Source: Auanema rhodensis (taxonomy: Eukaryota; Animalia; Nematoda). From it: DNA of 64,000 nt. This document shows positions 13,918 through 28,900 of this stretch, one piece after another; the stretch's first letter is position 1, and every line of letters starts with the position of its first letter. A program made the translations under genes and the position numbers. The notes beneath the pieces are model-generated. The model did no database searches. It was not told the origin of the DNA and worked only from the letters and a program-made list of their open reading frames with translations. Location: the NCBI GenBank assembly GCA_964057225.1, contig OZ059900.1, positions 8,618,001 to 8,682,000 of the forward strand, read 5' to 3'.

Positions 13918-16900
13918 TCGTGCAAAATACACCTACATCAACATTCTATGACAGTATTCCATACATTTAGTCGTTTTAGAAGAAAAAAACATGCTTAAGA
14001 TCAAAAGTTTGACTGATTTAGCCAAAATGCCCTTCAAACCCCAAAAAACCAATAATTCTTGATATTTTCGGTCCTTTTTGACCAAAGTGGTTAAAATTGG
14101 ACATATATATGTAGAAATAGTCGAAGTTTATGAATCCTGAATTTCAAATCCGTATCTCAAAGGGTCTGATCAAAACATACAGTTTTCACATGTTTTGTAC
14201 CCAAAATCGTTGAATATATGGCGTTTTGAGCATAAAAAGGCCCATATTTCAATCAGTTTTGATATTCGTGCAAAATACAGCTATATCAACATTCTATGAC
14301 AGTATTTCATACATTTAGTCGTTTTAGAAGAGAAAAATATGCTTAAGATCAAAAGTTTGACTGATTTTGCCAAAATGTCCTTCAAACCCCAAAAAACCAA
14401 TAATTCTTGATATTTTCGGTCCTTTTTGACCAAAGTGGTTAAAATTGAACATATATATGTGAAAATAGTCAAAGTTTATGAATCCTGAATTTCAAATCCA
14501 TATCTCAAAGGGTCTGATCAAAACATACAGTTTTCACATGTTTTGTACCCAAAATCGTTGAATATATGGCGTTTTGAGCATAAAAAGGCCCATATTTCAA
14601 TCAGTTTCGATATTCGTGCAAAATACACCTATATCAACATTCTATGACAGTATTTCATACATTTAGTCGTTTTAGAAGAAAAAAATATGCTTAAGATCAA
14701 AGGTTTGACTGATTTTGCCAAAATGCCCTTCAATCCCCAAAAAACCAATAATTCTTGATATTTTCGGTCCTTTTTGACCAAAGTGGTTAAAATTGAACAT
14801 ATATATGTGAAAATAGTCAAAGTTTATGAATCCTGAATTTCAAATCCATATCTCAAAGGGTCTGATCAAAACATACAGTTTTCACATGTTTTGTACCCAA
14901 AATCGTTGAATATATGGCGTTTTGAGCATAAAAAGGCCCATATTTCAATCAGTTTTGATATTCGTGCAAAATACACCTACATCAACATTCTATGACAGTA
15001 TTCCATACATTTAGTCGTTTTAGAAGAAAAAAACATGCTTAAGATCAAAAGTTTGACTGATTTAGCCAAAATGCCCTTCAAACCCCAAAAAACCAATAAT
15101 TCTTGATATTTTCGGTCCTTTTTGACCAAAGTGGTTAAAATTGGACATATATATGTAGAAATAGTCGAAGTTTATGAATCCTGAATTTCAAATCCGTATC
15201 TCAAAGGGTCTGATCAAAACATACAGTTTTCACATGTTTTGTACCCAAAATCGTTGAATATATGGCGTTTTGAGCATAAAAAGGCCCATATTTCAATCAG
15301 TTTTGATATTCGTGCAAAATACAGCTATATCAACATTCTATGACAGTATTTCATACATTTAGTCGTTTTAGAAGAAAAAAATATGCTTAAGATCAAAAGT
15401 TTGACTGATTTTGCCAAAATGTCCTTCAAACCCCAAAAAACCAATAATTCTTGATATTTTCGGTCCTTTTTGACCAAAGTGGTTAAAATTGAACATATAT
15501 ATGTGAAAATAGTCAAAGTTTATGAATCCTGAATTTCAAATCCATATCTCAAAGGGTCTGATCAAAACATACAGTTTTCACATGTTTTGTACCCAAAATC
15601 GTTGAATATATGGCGTTTTGAGCATAAAAAGGCCCATATTTCAATCAGTTTCGATATTCGTGCAAAATACACCTATTTCAACATTCTATGACAGTATTTC
15701 ATACATTTAGTCGTTTTAGAAGAAAAAAATATGCTTAAGATCAAAGGTTTGACTGATTTTGCCAAAATGCCCTTCAATCCCCAAAAAACCAATAATTCTT
15801 GATATTTTCGGTCCTTTTTGACCAAAGTGGTTAAAATTGAACATATATATGTGAAAATAGTCAAAGTTTATGAATCCTGAATTTCAAATCCATATCTCAA
15901 AGGGTCTGATCAAAACATACAGTTTTCACATGTTTTGTACCCAAAATCGTTGAATATATGGCGTTTTGAGCATAAAAAGGCCCATATTTCAATCAGTTTT
16001 GATATTCGTGCAAAATACACCTACATCAACATTCTATGACAGTATTTCATACATTTAGTCGTTTTAGAAGAAAAAAACATGCTTAAGATCAAAAGTTTGA
16101 CTGATTTAGCCAAAATGCCCTTCAAACCCCAAAAAACCAATAATTCTTGATATTTTCGGTCCTTTTTGACCAAAGTGGTTAAAATTGGACATATATATGT
16201 AGAAATAGTCGAAGTTTATGAATCCTGAATTTCAAATCCGTATCTCAAAGGGTCTGATCAAAACATACAGTTTTCACATGTTTTGTACCCAAAATCGTTG
16301 AATATATGGCGTTTTGAGCATAAAAAGGCCCATATTTCAATCAGTTTTGATATTCGTGCAAAATACAGCTATATCAACATTCTATGACAGTATTTCATAC
16401 ATTTAGTCGTTTTAGAAGAAAAAAATATGCTTAAGATCAAAAGTTTGACTGATTTTGCCAAAATGTCCTTCAAACCCCAAAAAACCAATAATTCTTGATA
16501 TTTTCGGTCCTTTTTGACCAAAGTGGTTAAAATTGAACATATATATGTGAAAATAGTCAAAGTTTATGAATCCTGAATTTCAAATCCATATCTCAAAGGG
16601 TCTGATCAAAACATACAGTTTTCACATGTTTTGTACCCAAAATCGTTGAATATATGGCGTTTTGAGCATAAAAAGGCCCATATTTCAATCAGTTTCGATA
16701 TTCGTGCAAAATACACCTATATCAACATTCTATGACAGTATTTCATACATTTAGTCGTTTTAGAAGAAAAAAATATGCTTAAGATCAAAGGTTTGACTGA
16801 TTTTGCCAAAATGCCCTTCAATCCCCAAAAAACCAATAATTCTTGATATTTTCGGTCCTTTTTGACCAAAGTGGTTAAAATTGAACATATATATGTGAAA

Positions 16901-19900
16901 ATAGTCAAAGTTTATGAATCCTGAATTTCAAATCCATATCTCAAAGGGTCTGATCAAAACATACAGTTTTCACATGTTTTGTACCCAAAATCGTTGAATA
17001 TATGGCGTTTTGAGCATAAAAAGGCCCATATTTCAATCAGTTTTGATATTCGTGCAAAATACACCTACATCAACATTCTATGACAGTATTCCATACATTT
17101 AGTCGTTTTAGAAGAAAAAAACATGCTTAAGATCAAAAGTTTGACTGATTTAGCCAAAATGCCCTTCAAACCCCAAAAAACCAATAATTCTTGATATTTT
17201 CGGTCCTTTTTGACCAAAGTGGTTAAAATTGGACATATATATGTAGAAATAGTCGAAGTTTATGAATCCTGAATTTCAAATCCGTATCTCAAAGGGTCTG
17301 ATCAAAACATACAGTTTTCACATGTTTTGTACCCAAAATCGTTGAATATATGGCGTTTTGAGCATAAAAAGGCCCATATTTCAATCAGTTTTGATATTCG
17401 TGCAAAATACAGCTATATCAACATTCTATGACAGTATTTCATACATTTAGTCGTTTTAGAAGAAAAAAATATGCTTAAGATCAAAAGTTTGACTGATTTT
17501 GCCAAAATGTCCTTCAAACCCCAAAAAACCAATAATTCTTGATATTTTCGGTCCTTTTTGACCAAAGTGGTTAAAATTGAACATATATATGTGAAAATAG
17601 TCAAAGTTTATGAATCCTGAATTTCAAATCCATATCTCAAAGGGTCTGATCAAAACATACAGTTTTCACATGTTTTGTACCCAAAATCGTTGAATATATG
17701 GCGTTTTGAGCATAAAAAGGCCCATATTTCAATCAGTTTCGATATTCGTGCAAAATACACCTATATCAACATTCTATGACAGTATTTCATACATTTAGTC
17801 GTTTTAGAAGAAAAAAATATGCTTAAGATCAAAGGTTTGACTGATTTTGCCAAAATGCCCTTCAATCCCCAAAAAACCAATAATTCTTGATATTTTCGGT
17901 CCTTTTTGACCAAAGTGGTTAAAATTGAACATATATATGTGAAAATAGTCAAAGTTTATGAATCCTGAATTTCAAATCCATATCTCAAAGGGTCTGATCA
18001 AAACATACAGTTTTCACATGTTTTGTACCCAAAATCGTTGAATATATGGCGTTTTGAGCATAAAAAGGCCCATATTTCAATCAGTTTTGATATTCGTGCA
18101 AAATACACCTACATCAACATTCTATGACAGTATTCCATACATTTAGTCGTTTTAGAAGAAAAAAACATGCTTAAGATCAAAAGTTTGACTGATTTAGCCA
18201 AAATGCCCTTCAAACCCCAAAAAACCAATAATTCTTGATATTTTCGGTCCTTTTTGACCAAAGTGGTTAAAATTGGACATATATATGTAGAAATAGTCGA
18301 AGTTTATGAATCCTGAATTTCAAATCCGTATCTCAAAGGGTCTGATCAAAACATACAGTTTTCACATGTTTTGTACCCAAAATCGTTGAATATATGGCGT
18401 TTTGAGCATAAAAAGGCCCATATTTCAATCAGTTTTGATATTCGTGCAAAATACAGCTATATCAACATTCTATGACAGTATTTCATACATTTAGTCGTTT
18501 TAGAAGAAAAAAATATGCTTAAGATCAAAAGTTTGACTGATTTTGCCAAAATGTCCTTCAAACCCCAAAAAACCAATAATTCTTGATATTTTCGGTCCTT
18601 TTTGACCAAAGTGGTTAAAATTGAACATATATATGTGAAAATAGTCAAAGTTTATGAATCCTGAATTTCAAATCCATATCTCAAAGGGTCTGATCAAAAC
18701 ATACAGTTTTCACATGTTTTGTACCCAAAATCGTTGAATATATGGCGTTTTGAGCATAAAAAGGCCCATATTTCAATCAGTTTCGATATTCGTGCAAAAT
18801 ACACCTATATCAACATTCTATGACAGTATTTCATACATTTAGTCGTTTTAGAAGAAAAAAATATGCTTAAGATCAAAAGTTTGACTGATTTTGCCAAAAT
18901 GCCCTTCAATCCCCAAAAAACCAATAATTCTTGATATTTTCGGTCCTTTTTGACCAAAGTGGTTAAAATTGGACATATATATGTAAAAATAGTCAAAGTT
19001 TATGAATCCTGAATTTCAAATCCATATCTCAAAGGGTCTGATCAAAACATACAGTTTTCACATGTTTTGTACCCAAAATCGTTGAATATATGGCGTTTTG
19101 AGCATAAAAAGGCCCATATTTCAATCAGTTTCGATATTCGTGCAAAATACACCTATATCAACATTCTATGACAGTATTCCATACATTTAGTCGTTTTAGA
19201 AGAAAAAAATATGCTTAAGATCAAAAGTTTGACTGATTTAGCCAAAATGTCCTTCAAACCCCAAAAAACCAATAATTCTTGATATTTTCGGTCCTTTTTG
19301 ACCAAAGTGGTTAAAATTGGACATAAATATGTAAAAATAGTCAAAGTTTATGAATCCTGAATTTCAAATCCATATCTCAAAGGGTCTGATCAAAACATAC
19401 AGTTTTCACATGTTTTGTACCCAAAATCGTTGAATATATGGCGTTTTGAGCATAAAAAGGCCCATATTTCAATCAGTTTGGATATTTGTGCAAAATACAC
19501 CTATATGAACATTCTATGAAAGTATTTCATACATTTAGTCGTTTTAGAAGAAAAAAATATGCTTAAGATCAAAAGTTTGACTGATTTTGCCAAAATGCCC
19601 TTCAATCCCCAAAAAACCAATAATTCTTGATATTTTCGGTCCTTTTTGACCAAAGTGGTTAAAATTGGACATAAATATGTAAAAATAGTCAAAGTTTATG
19701 AATCCTGAATTTCAAATCCATATCTCAAAGGGTCTGATCAAAACATACAGTTTTCACATGTTTTGTACCCAAAATCGTTGAATATATGGCGTTTTGAGCA
19801 TAAAAAGGCCCATATTTCAATCAGTTTTGATATTCGTGCAAAATACACCTACATCAACATTCTATGACAGTATTCCATACATTTAGTCGTTTTAGAAGAA

Positions 19901-22900
19901 AAAAACATGCTTAAGATCAAAAGTTTGACTGATTTAGCCAAAATGCCCTTCAAACCCCAAAAAACCAATAATTCTTGATATTTTCGGTCCTTTTTGACCA
20001 AAGTGGTTAAAATTGGACATATATATGTAGAAATAGTCGAAGTTTATGAATCCTGAATTTCAAATCCGTATCTCAAAGGGTCTGATCAAAACATACAGTT
20101 TTCACATGTTTTGTACCCAAAATCGTTGAATATATGGCGTTTTGAGCATAAAAAGGCCCATATTTCAATCAGTTTTGATATTCGTGCAAAATACAGCTAT
20201 ATCAACATTCTATGACAGTATTTCATACATTTAGTCGTTTTAGAAGAAAAAAATATGCTTAAGATCAAAAGTTTGACTGATTTTGCCAAAATGTCCTTCA
20301 AACCCCAAAAAACCAATAATTCTTGATATTTTCGGTCCTTTTTGACCAAAGTGGTTAAAATTGAACATATATATGTGAAAATAGTCAAAGTTTATGAATC
20401 CTGAATTTCAAATCCATATCTCAAAGGGTCTGATCAAAACATACAGTTTTCACATGTTTTGTACCCAAAATCGTTGAATATATGGCGTTTTGAGCATAAA
20501 AAGGCCCATATTTCAATCAGTTTCGATATTCGTGCAAAATACACCTATATCTACATTCTATGACAGTATTTCATACATTTAGTCGTTTTAGAAGAAAAAA
20601 ATATGCTTAAGATCAAAGGTTTGACTGATTTTGCCAAAATGCCCTTCAATCCCCAAAAAACCAATAATTCTTGATATTTTCGGTCCTTTTTGACCAAAGT
20701 GGTTAAAATTGAACATATATATGTGAAAATAGTCAAAGTTTATGAATCCTGAATTTCAAATCCATATCTCAAAGGGTCTGATCAAAACATACAGTTTTCA
20801 CATGTTTTGTACCCAAAATCGTTGAATATATGGCGTTTTGAGCATAAAAAGGCCCATATTTCAATCAGTTTTGATATTCGTGCAAAATACACCTACATCA
20901 ACATTCTATGACAGTATTCCATACATTTAGTCGTTTTAGAAGAAAAAAACATGCTTAAGATCAAAAGTTTGACTGATTTAGCCAAAATGCCCTTCAAACC
21001 CCAAAAAACCAATAATTCTTGATATTTTCGGTCCTTTTTGACCAAAGTGGTTAAAATTGGACATATATATGTAGAAATAGTCGAATTTTATGAATCCTGA
21101 ATTTCAAATCCGTATCTCAAAGGGTCTGATCAAAACATACAGTTTTCACATGTTTTGTACCCAAAATCGTTGAATATATGGCGTTTTGAGCATAAAAAGG
21201 CCCATATTTCAATCAGTTTTGATATTCGTGCAAAATACAGCTATATCAACATTCTATGACAGTATTTCATACATTTAGTCGTTTTAGAAGAAAAAAATAT
21301 GCTTAAGATCAAAAGTTTGACTGATTTTGCCAAAATGTCCTTCAAACCCCAAAAAACCAATAATTCTTGATATTTTCGGTCCTTTTTGACCAAAGTGGTT
21401 AAAATTGAACATATATATGTGAAAATAGTCAAAGTTTATGAATCCTGAATTTCAAATCCATATCTCAAAGGGTCTGATCAAAACATACAGTTTTCACATG
21501 TTTTGTACCCAAAATCGTTGAATATATGGCGTTTTGAGCATAAAAAGGCCCATATTTCAATCAGTTTCGATATTCGTGCAAAATACACCTATATCAACAT
21601 TCTATGACAGTATTTCATACATTTAGTCGTTTTAGAAGAAAAAAATATGCTTAAGATCAAAGGTTTGACTGATTTTGCCAAAATGCCCTTCAATCCCCAA
21701 AAAACCAATAATTCTTGATATTTTCGGTCCTTTTTGACCAAAGTGGTTAAAATTGAACATATATATGTGAAAATAGTCAAAGTTTATGAATCCTGAATTT
21801 CAAATCCATATCTCAAAGGGTCTGATCAAAACATACAGTTTTCACATGTTTTGTACCCAAAATCGTTGAATATATGGCGTTTTGAGCATAAAAAGGCCCA
21901 TATTTCAATCAGTTTTGATATTCGTGCAAAATACACCTACATCAACATTCTATGACAGTATTCCATACATTTAGTCGTTTTAGAAGAAAAAAACATGCTT
22001 AAGATCAAAAGTTTGACTGATTTAGCCAAAATGCCCTTCAAACCCCAAAAAACCAATAATTCTTGATATTTTCGGTCCTTTTTGACCAAAGTGGTTAAAA
22101 TTGGACATATATATGTAGAAATAGTCGAAGTTTATGAATCCTGAATTTCAAATCCGTATCTCAAAGGGTCTGATCAAAACATACAGTTTTCACATGTTTT
22201 GTACCCAAAATCGTTGAATATATGGCGTTTTGAGCATAAAAAGGCCCATATTTCAATCAGTTTTGATATTCGTGCAAAATACAGCTATATCAACATTCTA
22301 TGACAGTATTTCATACATTTAGTCGTTTTAGAAGAAAAAAATATGCTTAAGATCAAAAGTTTGACTGATTTTGCCAAAATGTCCTTCAAACCCCAAAAAA
22401 CCAATAATTCTTGATATTTTCGGTCCTTTTTGACCAAAGTGGTTAAAATTGAACATATATATGTGAAAATAGTCAAAGTTTATGAATCCTGAATTTCAAA
22501 TCCATATCTCAAAGGGTCTGATCAAAACATACAGTTTTCACATGTTTTGTACCCAAAATCGTTGAATATATGGCGTTTTGAGCATAAAAAGGCCCATATT
22601 TCAATCAGTTTCGATATTCGTGCAAAATACACCTATATCAACATTCTATGACAGTATTTCATACATTTAGTCGTTTTAGAAGAAAAAAATATGCTTAAGA
22701 TCAAAGGTTTGACTGATTTTGCCAAAATGCCCTTCAATCCCCAAAAAACCAATAATTCTTGATATTTTCGGTCCTTTTTGACCAAAGTGGTTAAAATTGA
22801 ACATATATATGTGAAAATAGTCAAAGTTTATGAATCCTGAATTTCAAATCCATATCTCAAAGGGTCTGATCAAAACATACAGTTTTCACATGTTTTGTAC

Positions 22901-25900
22901 CCAAAATCGTTGAATATATGGCGTTTTGAGCATAAAAAGGCCCATATTTCAATCAGTTTTGATATTCGTGCAAAATACACCTACATCAACATTCTATGAC
23001 AGTATTCCATACATTTAGTCGTTTTAGAAGAAAAAAACATGCTTAAGATCAAAAGTTTGACTGATTTAGCCAAAATGCCCTTCAAACCCCAAAAAACCAA
23101 TAATTCTTGATATTTTCGGTCCTTTTTGACCAAAGTGGTTAAAATTGGACATATATATGTAGAAATAGTCGAAGTTTATGAATCCTGAATTTCAAATCCG
23201 TATCTCAAAGGGTCTGATCAAAACATACAGTTTTCACATGTTTTGTACCCAAAATCGTTGAATATATGGCGTTTTGAGCATAAAAAGGCCCATATTTCAA
23301 TCAGTTTTGATATTCGTGCAAAATACAGCTATATCAACATTCTATGACAGTATTTCATACATTTAGTCGTTTTAGAAGAAAAAAATATGCTTAAGATCAA
23401 AAGTTTGACTGATTTTGCCAAAATGTCCTTCAAACCCCAAAAAACCAATAATTCTTGATATTTTCGGTCCTTTTTGACCAAAGTGGTTAAAATTGAACAT
23501 ATATATGTGAAAATAGTCAAAGTTTATGAATCCTGAATTTCAAATCCATATCTCAAAGGGTCTGATCAAAACATACAGTTTTCACATGTTTTGTACCCAA
23601 AATCGTTGAATATATGGCGTTTTGAGCATAAAAAGGCCCATATTTCAATCAGTTTCGATATTCGTGCAAAATACACCTATATCAACATTCTATGACAGTA
23701 TTTCATACATTTAGTCGTTTTAGAAGAAAAAAATATGCTTAAGATCAAAGGTTTGACTGATTTTGCCAAAATGCCCTTCAATCCCCAAAAAACCAATAAT
23801 TCTTGATATTTTCGGTCCTTTTTGACCAAAGTGGTTAAAATTGAACATATATATGTGAAAATAGTCAAAGTTTATGAATCCTGAATTTCAAATCCATATC
23901 TCAAAGGGTCTGATCAAAACATACAGTTTTCACATGTTTTGTACCCAAAATCGTTGAATATATGGCGTTTTGAGCATAAAAAGGCCCATATTTCAATCAG
24001 TTTTGATATTCGTGCAAAATACACCTACATCAACATTCTATGACAGTATTCCATACATTTAGTCGTTTTAGAAGAAAAAAACATGCTTAAGATCAAAAGT
24101 TTGACTGATTTAGCCAAAATGCCCTTCAAACCCCAAAAAACCAATAATTCTTGATATTTTCGGTCCTTTTTGACCAAAGTGGTTAAAATTGGACATATAT
24201 ATGTAGAAATAGTCGAAGTTTATGAATCCTGAATTTCAAATCCGTATCTCAAAGGGTCTGATCAAAACATACAGTTTTCACATGTTTTGTACCCAAAATC
24301 GTTGAATATATGGCGTTTTGAGCATAAAAAGGCCCATATTTCAATCAGTTTTGATATTCGTGCAAAATACAGCTATATCAACATTCTATGACAGTATTTC
24401 ATACATTTAGTCGTTTTAGAAGAAAAAAATATGCTTAAGATCAAAAGTTTGACTGATTTTGCCAAAATGTCCTTCAAACCCCAAAAAACCAATAATTCTT
24501 GATATTTTCGGTCCTTTTTGACCAAAGTGGTTAAAATTGAACATATATATGTGAAAATAGTCAAAGTTTATGAATCCTGAATTTCAAATCCATATCTCAA
24601 AGGGTCTGATCAAAACATACAGTTTTCACATGTTTTGTACCCAAAATCGTTGAATATATGGCGTTTTGAGCATAAAAAGGCCCATATTTCAATCAGTTTC
24701 GATATTCGTGCAAAATACACCTATATCAACATTCTATGACAGTATTTCATACATTTAGTCGTTTTAGAAGAAAAAAATATGCTTAAGATCAAAGGTTTGA
24801 CTGATTTTGCCAAAATGCCCTTCAATCCCCAAAAAACCAATAATTCTTGATATTTTCGGTCCTTTTTGACCAAAGTGGTTAAAATTGAACATATATATGT
24901 GAAAATAGTCAAAGTTTATGAATCCTGAATTTCAAATCCGTATCTCAAAGGGTCTGATCAAAACATACAGTTTTCACATGTTTTGTACCCAAAATCGTTG
25001 AATATATGGCGTTTTGAGCATAAAAAGGCCCATATTTCAATCAGTTTTGATATTCGTGCAAAATACACCTACATCAACATTCTATGACAGTATTCCATAC
25101 ATTTAGTCGTTTTAGAAGAAAAAAACATGCTTAAGATCAAAAGTTTGACTGATTTAGCCAAAATGCCCTTCAAACCCCAAAAAACCAATAATTCTTGATA
25201 TTTTCGGTCCTTTTTGACCAAAGTGGTTAAAATTGGACATATATATGTAAAAATAGTCGAAGTTTATGAATCCTGAATTTCAAATCCGTATCTCAAAGGG
25301 TCTGATCAAAACATACAGTTTTCACATGTTTTGTACCCAAAATCGTTGAATATATGGCGTTTTGAGCATAAAAAGGCCCATATTTCAATCAGTTTTGATA
25401 TTCGTGCAAAATACAGCTATATCAACATTCTATGACAGTATTTCATACATTTAGTCGTTTTAGAAGAAAAAAATATGCTTAAGATCAAAAGTTTGACTGA
25501 TTTTGCCAAAATGTCCTTCAAACCCCAAAAAACCAATAATTCTTGATATTTTCGGTCCTTTTTGACCAAAGTGGTTAAAATTGAACATATATATGTGAAA
25601 ATAGTCAAAGTTTATGAATCCTGAATTTCAAATCCATATCTCAAAGGGTCTGATCAAAACATACAGTTTTCACATGTTTTGTACCCAAAATCGTTGAATA
25701 TATGGCGTTTTGAGCATAAAAAGGCCCATATTTCAATCAGTTTCGATATTCGTGCAAAATACACCTATATCAACATTCTATGACAGTATTTCATACATTT
25801 AGTCGTTTTAGAAGAAAAAAATATGCTTAAGATCAAAGGTTTGACTGATTTTGCCAAAATGCCCTTCAATCCCCAAAAAACCAATAATTCTTGATATTTT

Positions 25901-28900
25901 TGGTCCTTTTTGACCAAAGTGGTTAAAATTGAACATATATATGTGAAAATAGTCAAAGTTTATGAATCCTGAATTTCAAATCCATATCTCAAAGGGTCTG
26001 ATCAAAACATACAGTTTTCACATGTTTTGTACCCAAAATCGTTGAATATATGGCGTTTTGAGCATAAAAAGGCCCATATTTCAATCAGTTTTGATATTCG
26101 TGCAAAATACACCTACATCAACATTCTATGACAGTATTCCATACATTTAGTCGTTTTAGAAGAAAAAAACATGCTTAAGATCAAAAGTTTGACTGATTTA
26201 GCCAAAATGCCCTTCAAACCCCAAAAAACCAATAATTCTTGATATTTTCGGTCCTTTTTGACCAAAGTGGTTAAAATTGGACATATATATGTAGAAATAG
26301 TCGAAGTTTATGAATCCTGAATTTCAAATCCGTATCTCAAAGGGTCTGATCAAAACATACAGTTTTCACATGTTTTGTACCCAAAATCGTTGAATATATG
26401 GCGTTTTGAGCATAAAAAGGCCCATATTTCAATCAGTTTTGATATTCGTGCAAAATACACCTACATCAACATTCTATGACAGTATTCCATACATTTAGTC
26501 GTTTTAGAAGAAAAAAACATGCTTAAGATCAAAAGTTTGACTGATTTAGCCAAAATGCCCTTCAAACCCCAAAAAACCAATAATTCTTGATATTTTCGGT
26601 CCTTTTTGACCAAAGTGGTTAAAATTGGACATATATATGTAGAAATAGTCGAAGTTTATGAATCCTGAATTTCAAATCCGTATCTCAAAGGGTCTGATCA
26701 AAACATACAGTTTTCACATGTTTTGTACCCAAAATCGTTGAATATATGGCGTTTTGAGCATAAAAAGGCCCATATTTCAATCAGTTTTGATATTCGTGCA
26801 AAATACAGCTATATCAACATTCTATGACAGTATTTCATACATTTAGTCGTTTTAGAAGAAAAAAATATGCTTAAGATCAAAAGTTTGACTGATTTTGCCA
26901 AAATGTCCTTCAAACCCCAAAAAACCAATAATTCTTGATATTTTCGGTCCTTTTTGACCAAAGTGGTTAAAATTGAACATATATATGTGAAAATAGTCAA
27001 AGTTTATGAATCCTGAATTTCAAATCCATATCTCAAAGGGTCTGATCAAAACATACAGTTTTCACATGTTTTGTACCCAAAATCGTTGAATATATGGCGT
27101 TTTGAGCATAAAAAGGCCCATATTTCAATCAGTTTCGATATTCGTGCAAAATACACCTATATCAACATTCTATGACAGTATTTCATACATTTAGTCGTTT
27201 TAGAAGAAAAAAATATGCTTAAGATCAAAGGTTTGACTGATTTTGCCAAAATGCCCTTCAATCCCCAAAAAACCAATAATTCTTGATATTTTCGGTCCTT
27301 TTTGACCAAAGTGGTTAAAATTGAACATATATATGTGAAAATAGTCAAAGTTTATGAATCCTGAATTTCAAATCCATATCTCAAAGGGTCTGATCAAAAC
27401 ATACAGTTTTCACATGTTTTGTACCCAAAATCGTTGAATATATGGCGTTTTGAGCATAAAAAGGCCCATATTTCAATCAGTTTTGATATTCGTGCAAAAT
27501 ACACCTACATCAACATTCTATGACAGTATTCCATACATTTAGTCGTTTTAGAAGAAAAAAACATGCTTAAGATCAAAAGTTTGACTGATTTAGCCAAAAT
27601 GCCCTTCAAACCCCAAAAAACCAATAATTCTTGATATTTTCGGTCCTTTTTGACCAAAGTGGTTAAAATTGGACATATATATGTAAAAATAGTCGAAGTT
27701 TATGAATCCTGAATTTCAAATCCGTATCTCAAAGGGTCTGATCAAAACATACAGTTTTCACATGTTTTGTACCCAAAATCGTTGAATATATGGCGTTTTG
27801 AGCATAAAAAGGCCCATATTTCAATCAGTTTTGATATTCGTGCAAAATACAGCTATATCAACATTCTATGACAGTATTTCATACATTTAGTCGTTTTAGA
27901 AGAAAAAAATATGCTTAAGATCAAAAGTTTGACTGATTTTGCCAAAATGTCCTTCAAACCCCAAAAAACCAATAATTCTTGATATTTTCGGTCCTTTTTG
28001 ACCAAAGTGGTTAAAATTGAACATATATATGTGAAAATAGTCAAAGTTTATGAATCCTGAATTTCAAATCCATATCTCAAAGGGTCTGATCAAAACATAC
28101 AGTTTTCACATGTTTTGTACCCAAAATCGTTGAATATATGGCGTTTTGAGCATAAAAAGGCCCATATTTCAATCAGTTTCGATATTCGTGCAAAATACAC
28201 CTATATCAACATTCTATGACAGTATTTCATACATTTAGTCGTTTTAGAAGAAAAAAATATGCTTAAGATCAAAGGTTTGACTGATTTTGCCAAAATGCCC
28301 TTCAATCCCCAAAAAACCAATAATTCTTGATATTTTCGGTCCTTTTTGACCAAAGTGGTTAAAATTGAACATATATATGTGAAAATAGTCAAAGTTTATG
28401 AATCCTGAATTTCAAATCCATATCTCAAAGGGTCTGATCAAAACATACAGTTTTCACATGTTTTGTACCCAAAATCGTTGAATATATGGCGTTTTGAGCA
28501 TAAAAAGGCCCATATTTCAATCAGTTTTGATATTCGTGCAAAATACACCTACATCAACATTCTATGACAGTATTCCATACATTTAGTCGTTTTAGAAGAA
28601 AAAAACATGCTTAAGATCAAAAGTTTGACTGATTTAGCCAAAATGCCCTTCAAACCCCAAAAAACCAATAATTCTTGATATTTTCGGTCCTTTTTGACCA
28701 AAGTGGTTAAAATTGGACATATATATGTAGAAATAGTCGAAGTTTATGAATCCTGAATTTCAAATCCGTATCTCAAAGGGTCTGATCAAAACATACAGTT
28801 TTCACATGTTTTGTACCCAAAATCGTTGAATATATGGCGTTTTGAGCATAAAAAGGCCCATATTTCAATCAGTTTTGATATTCGTGCAAAATACAGCTAT

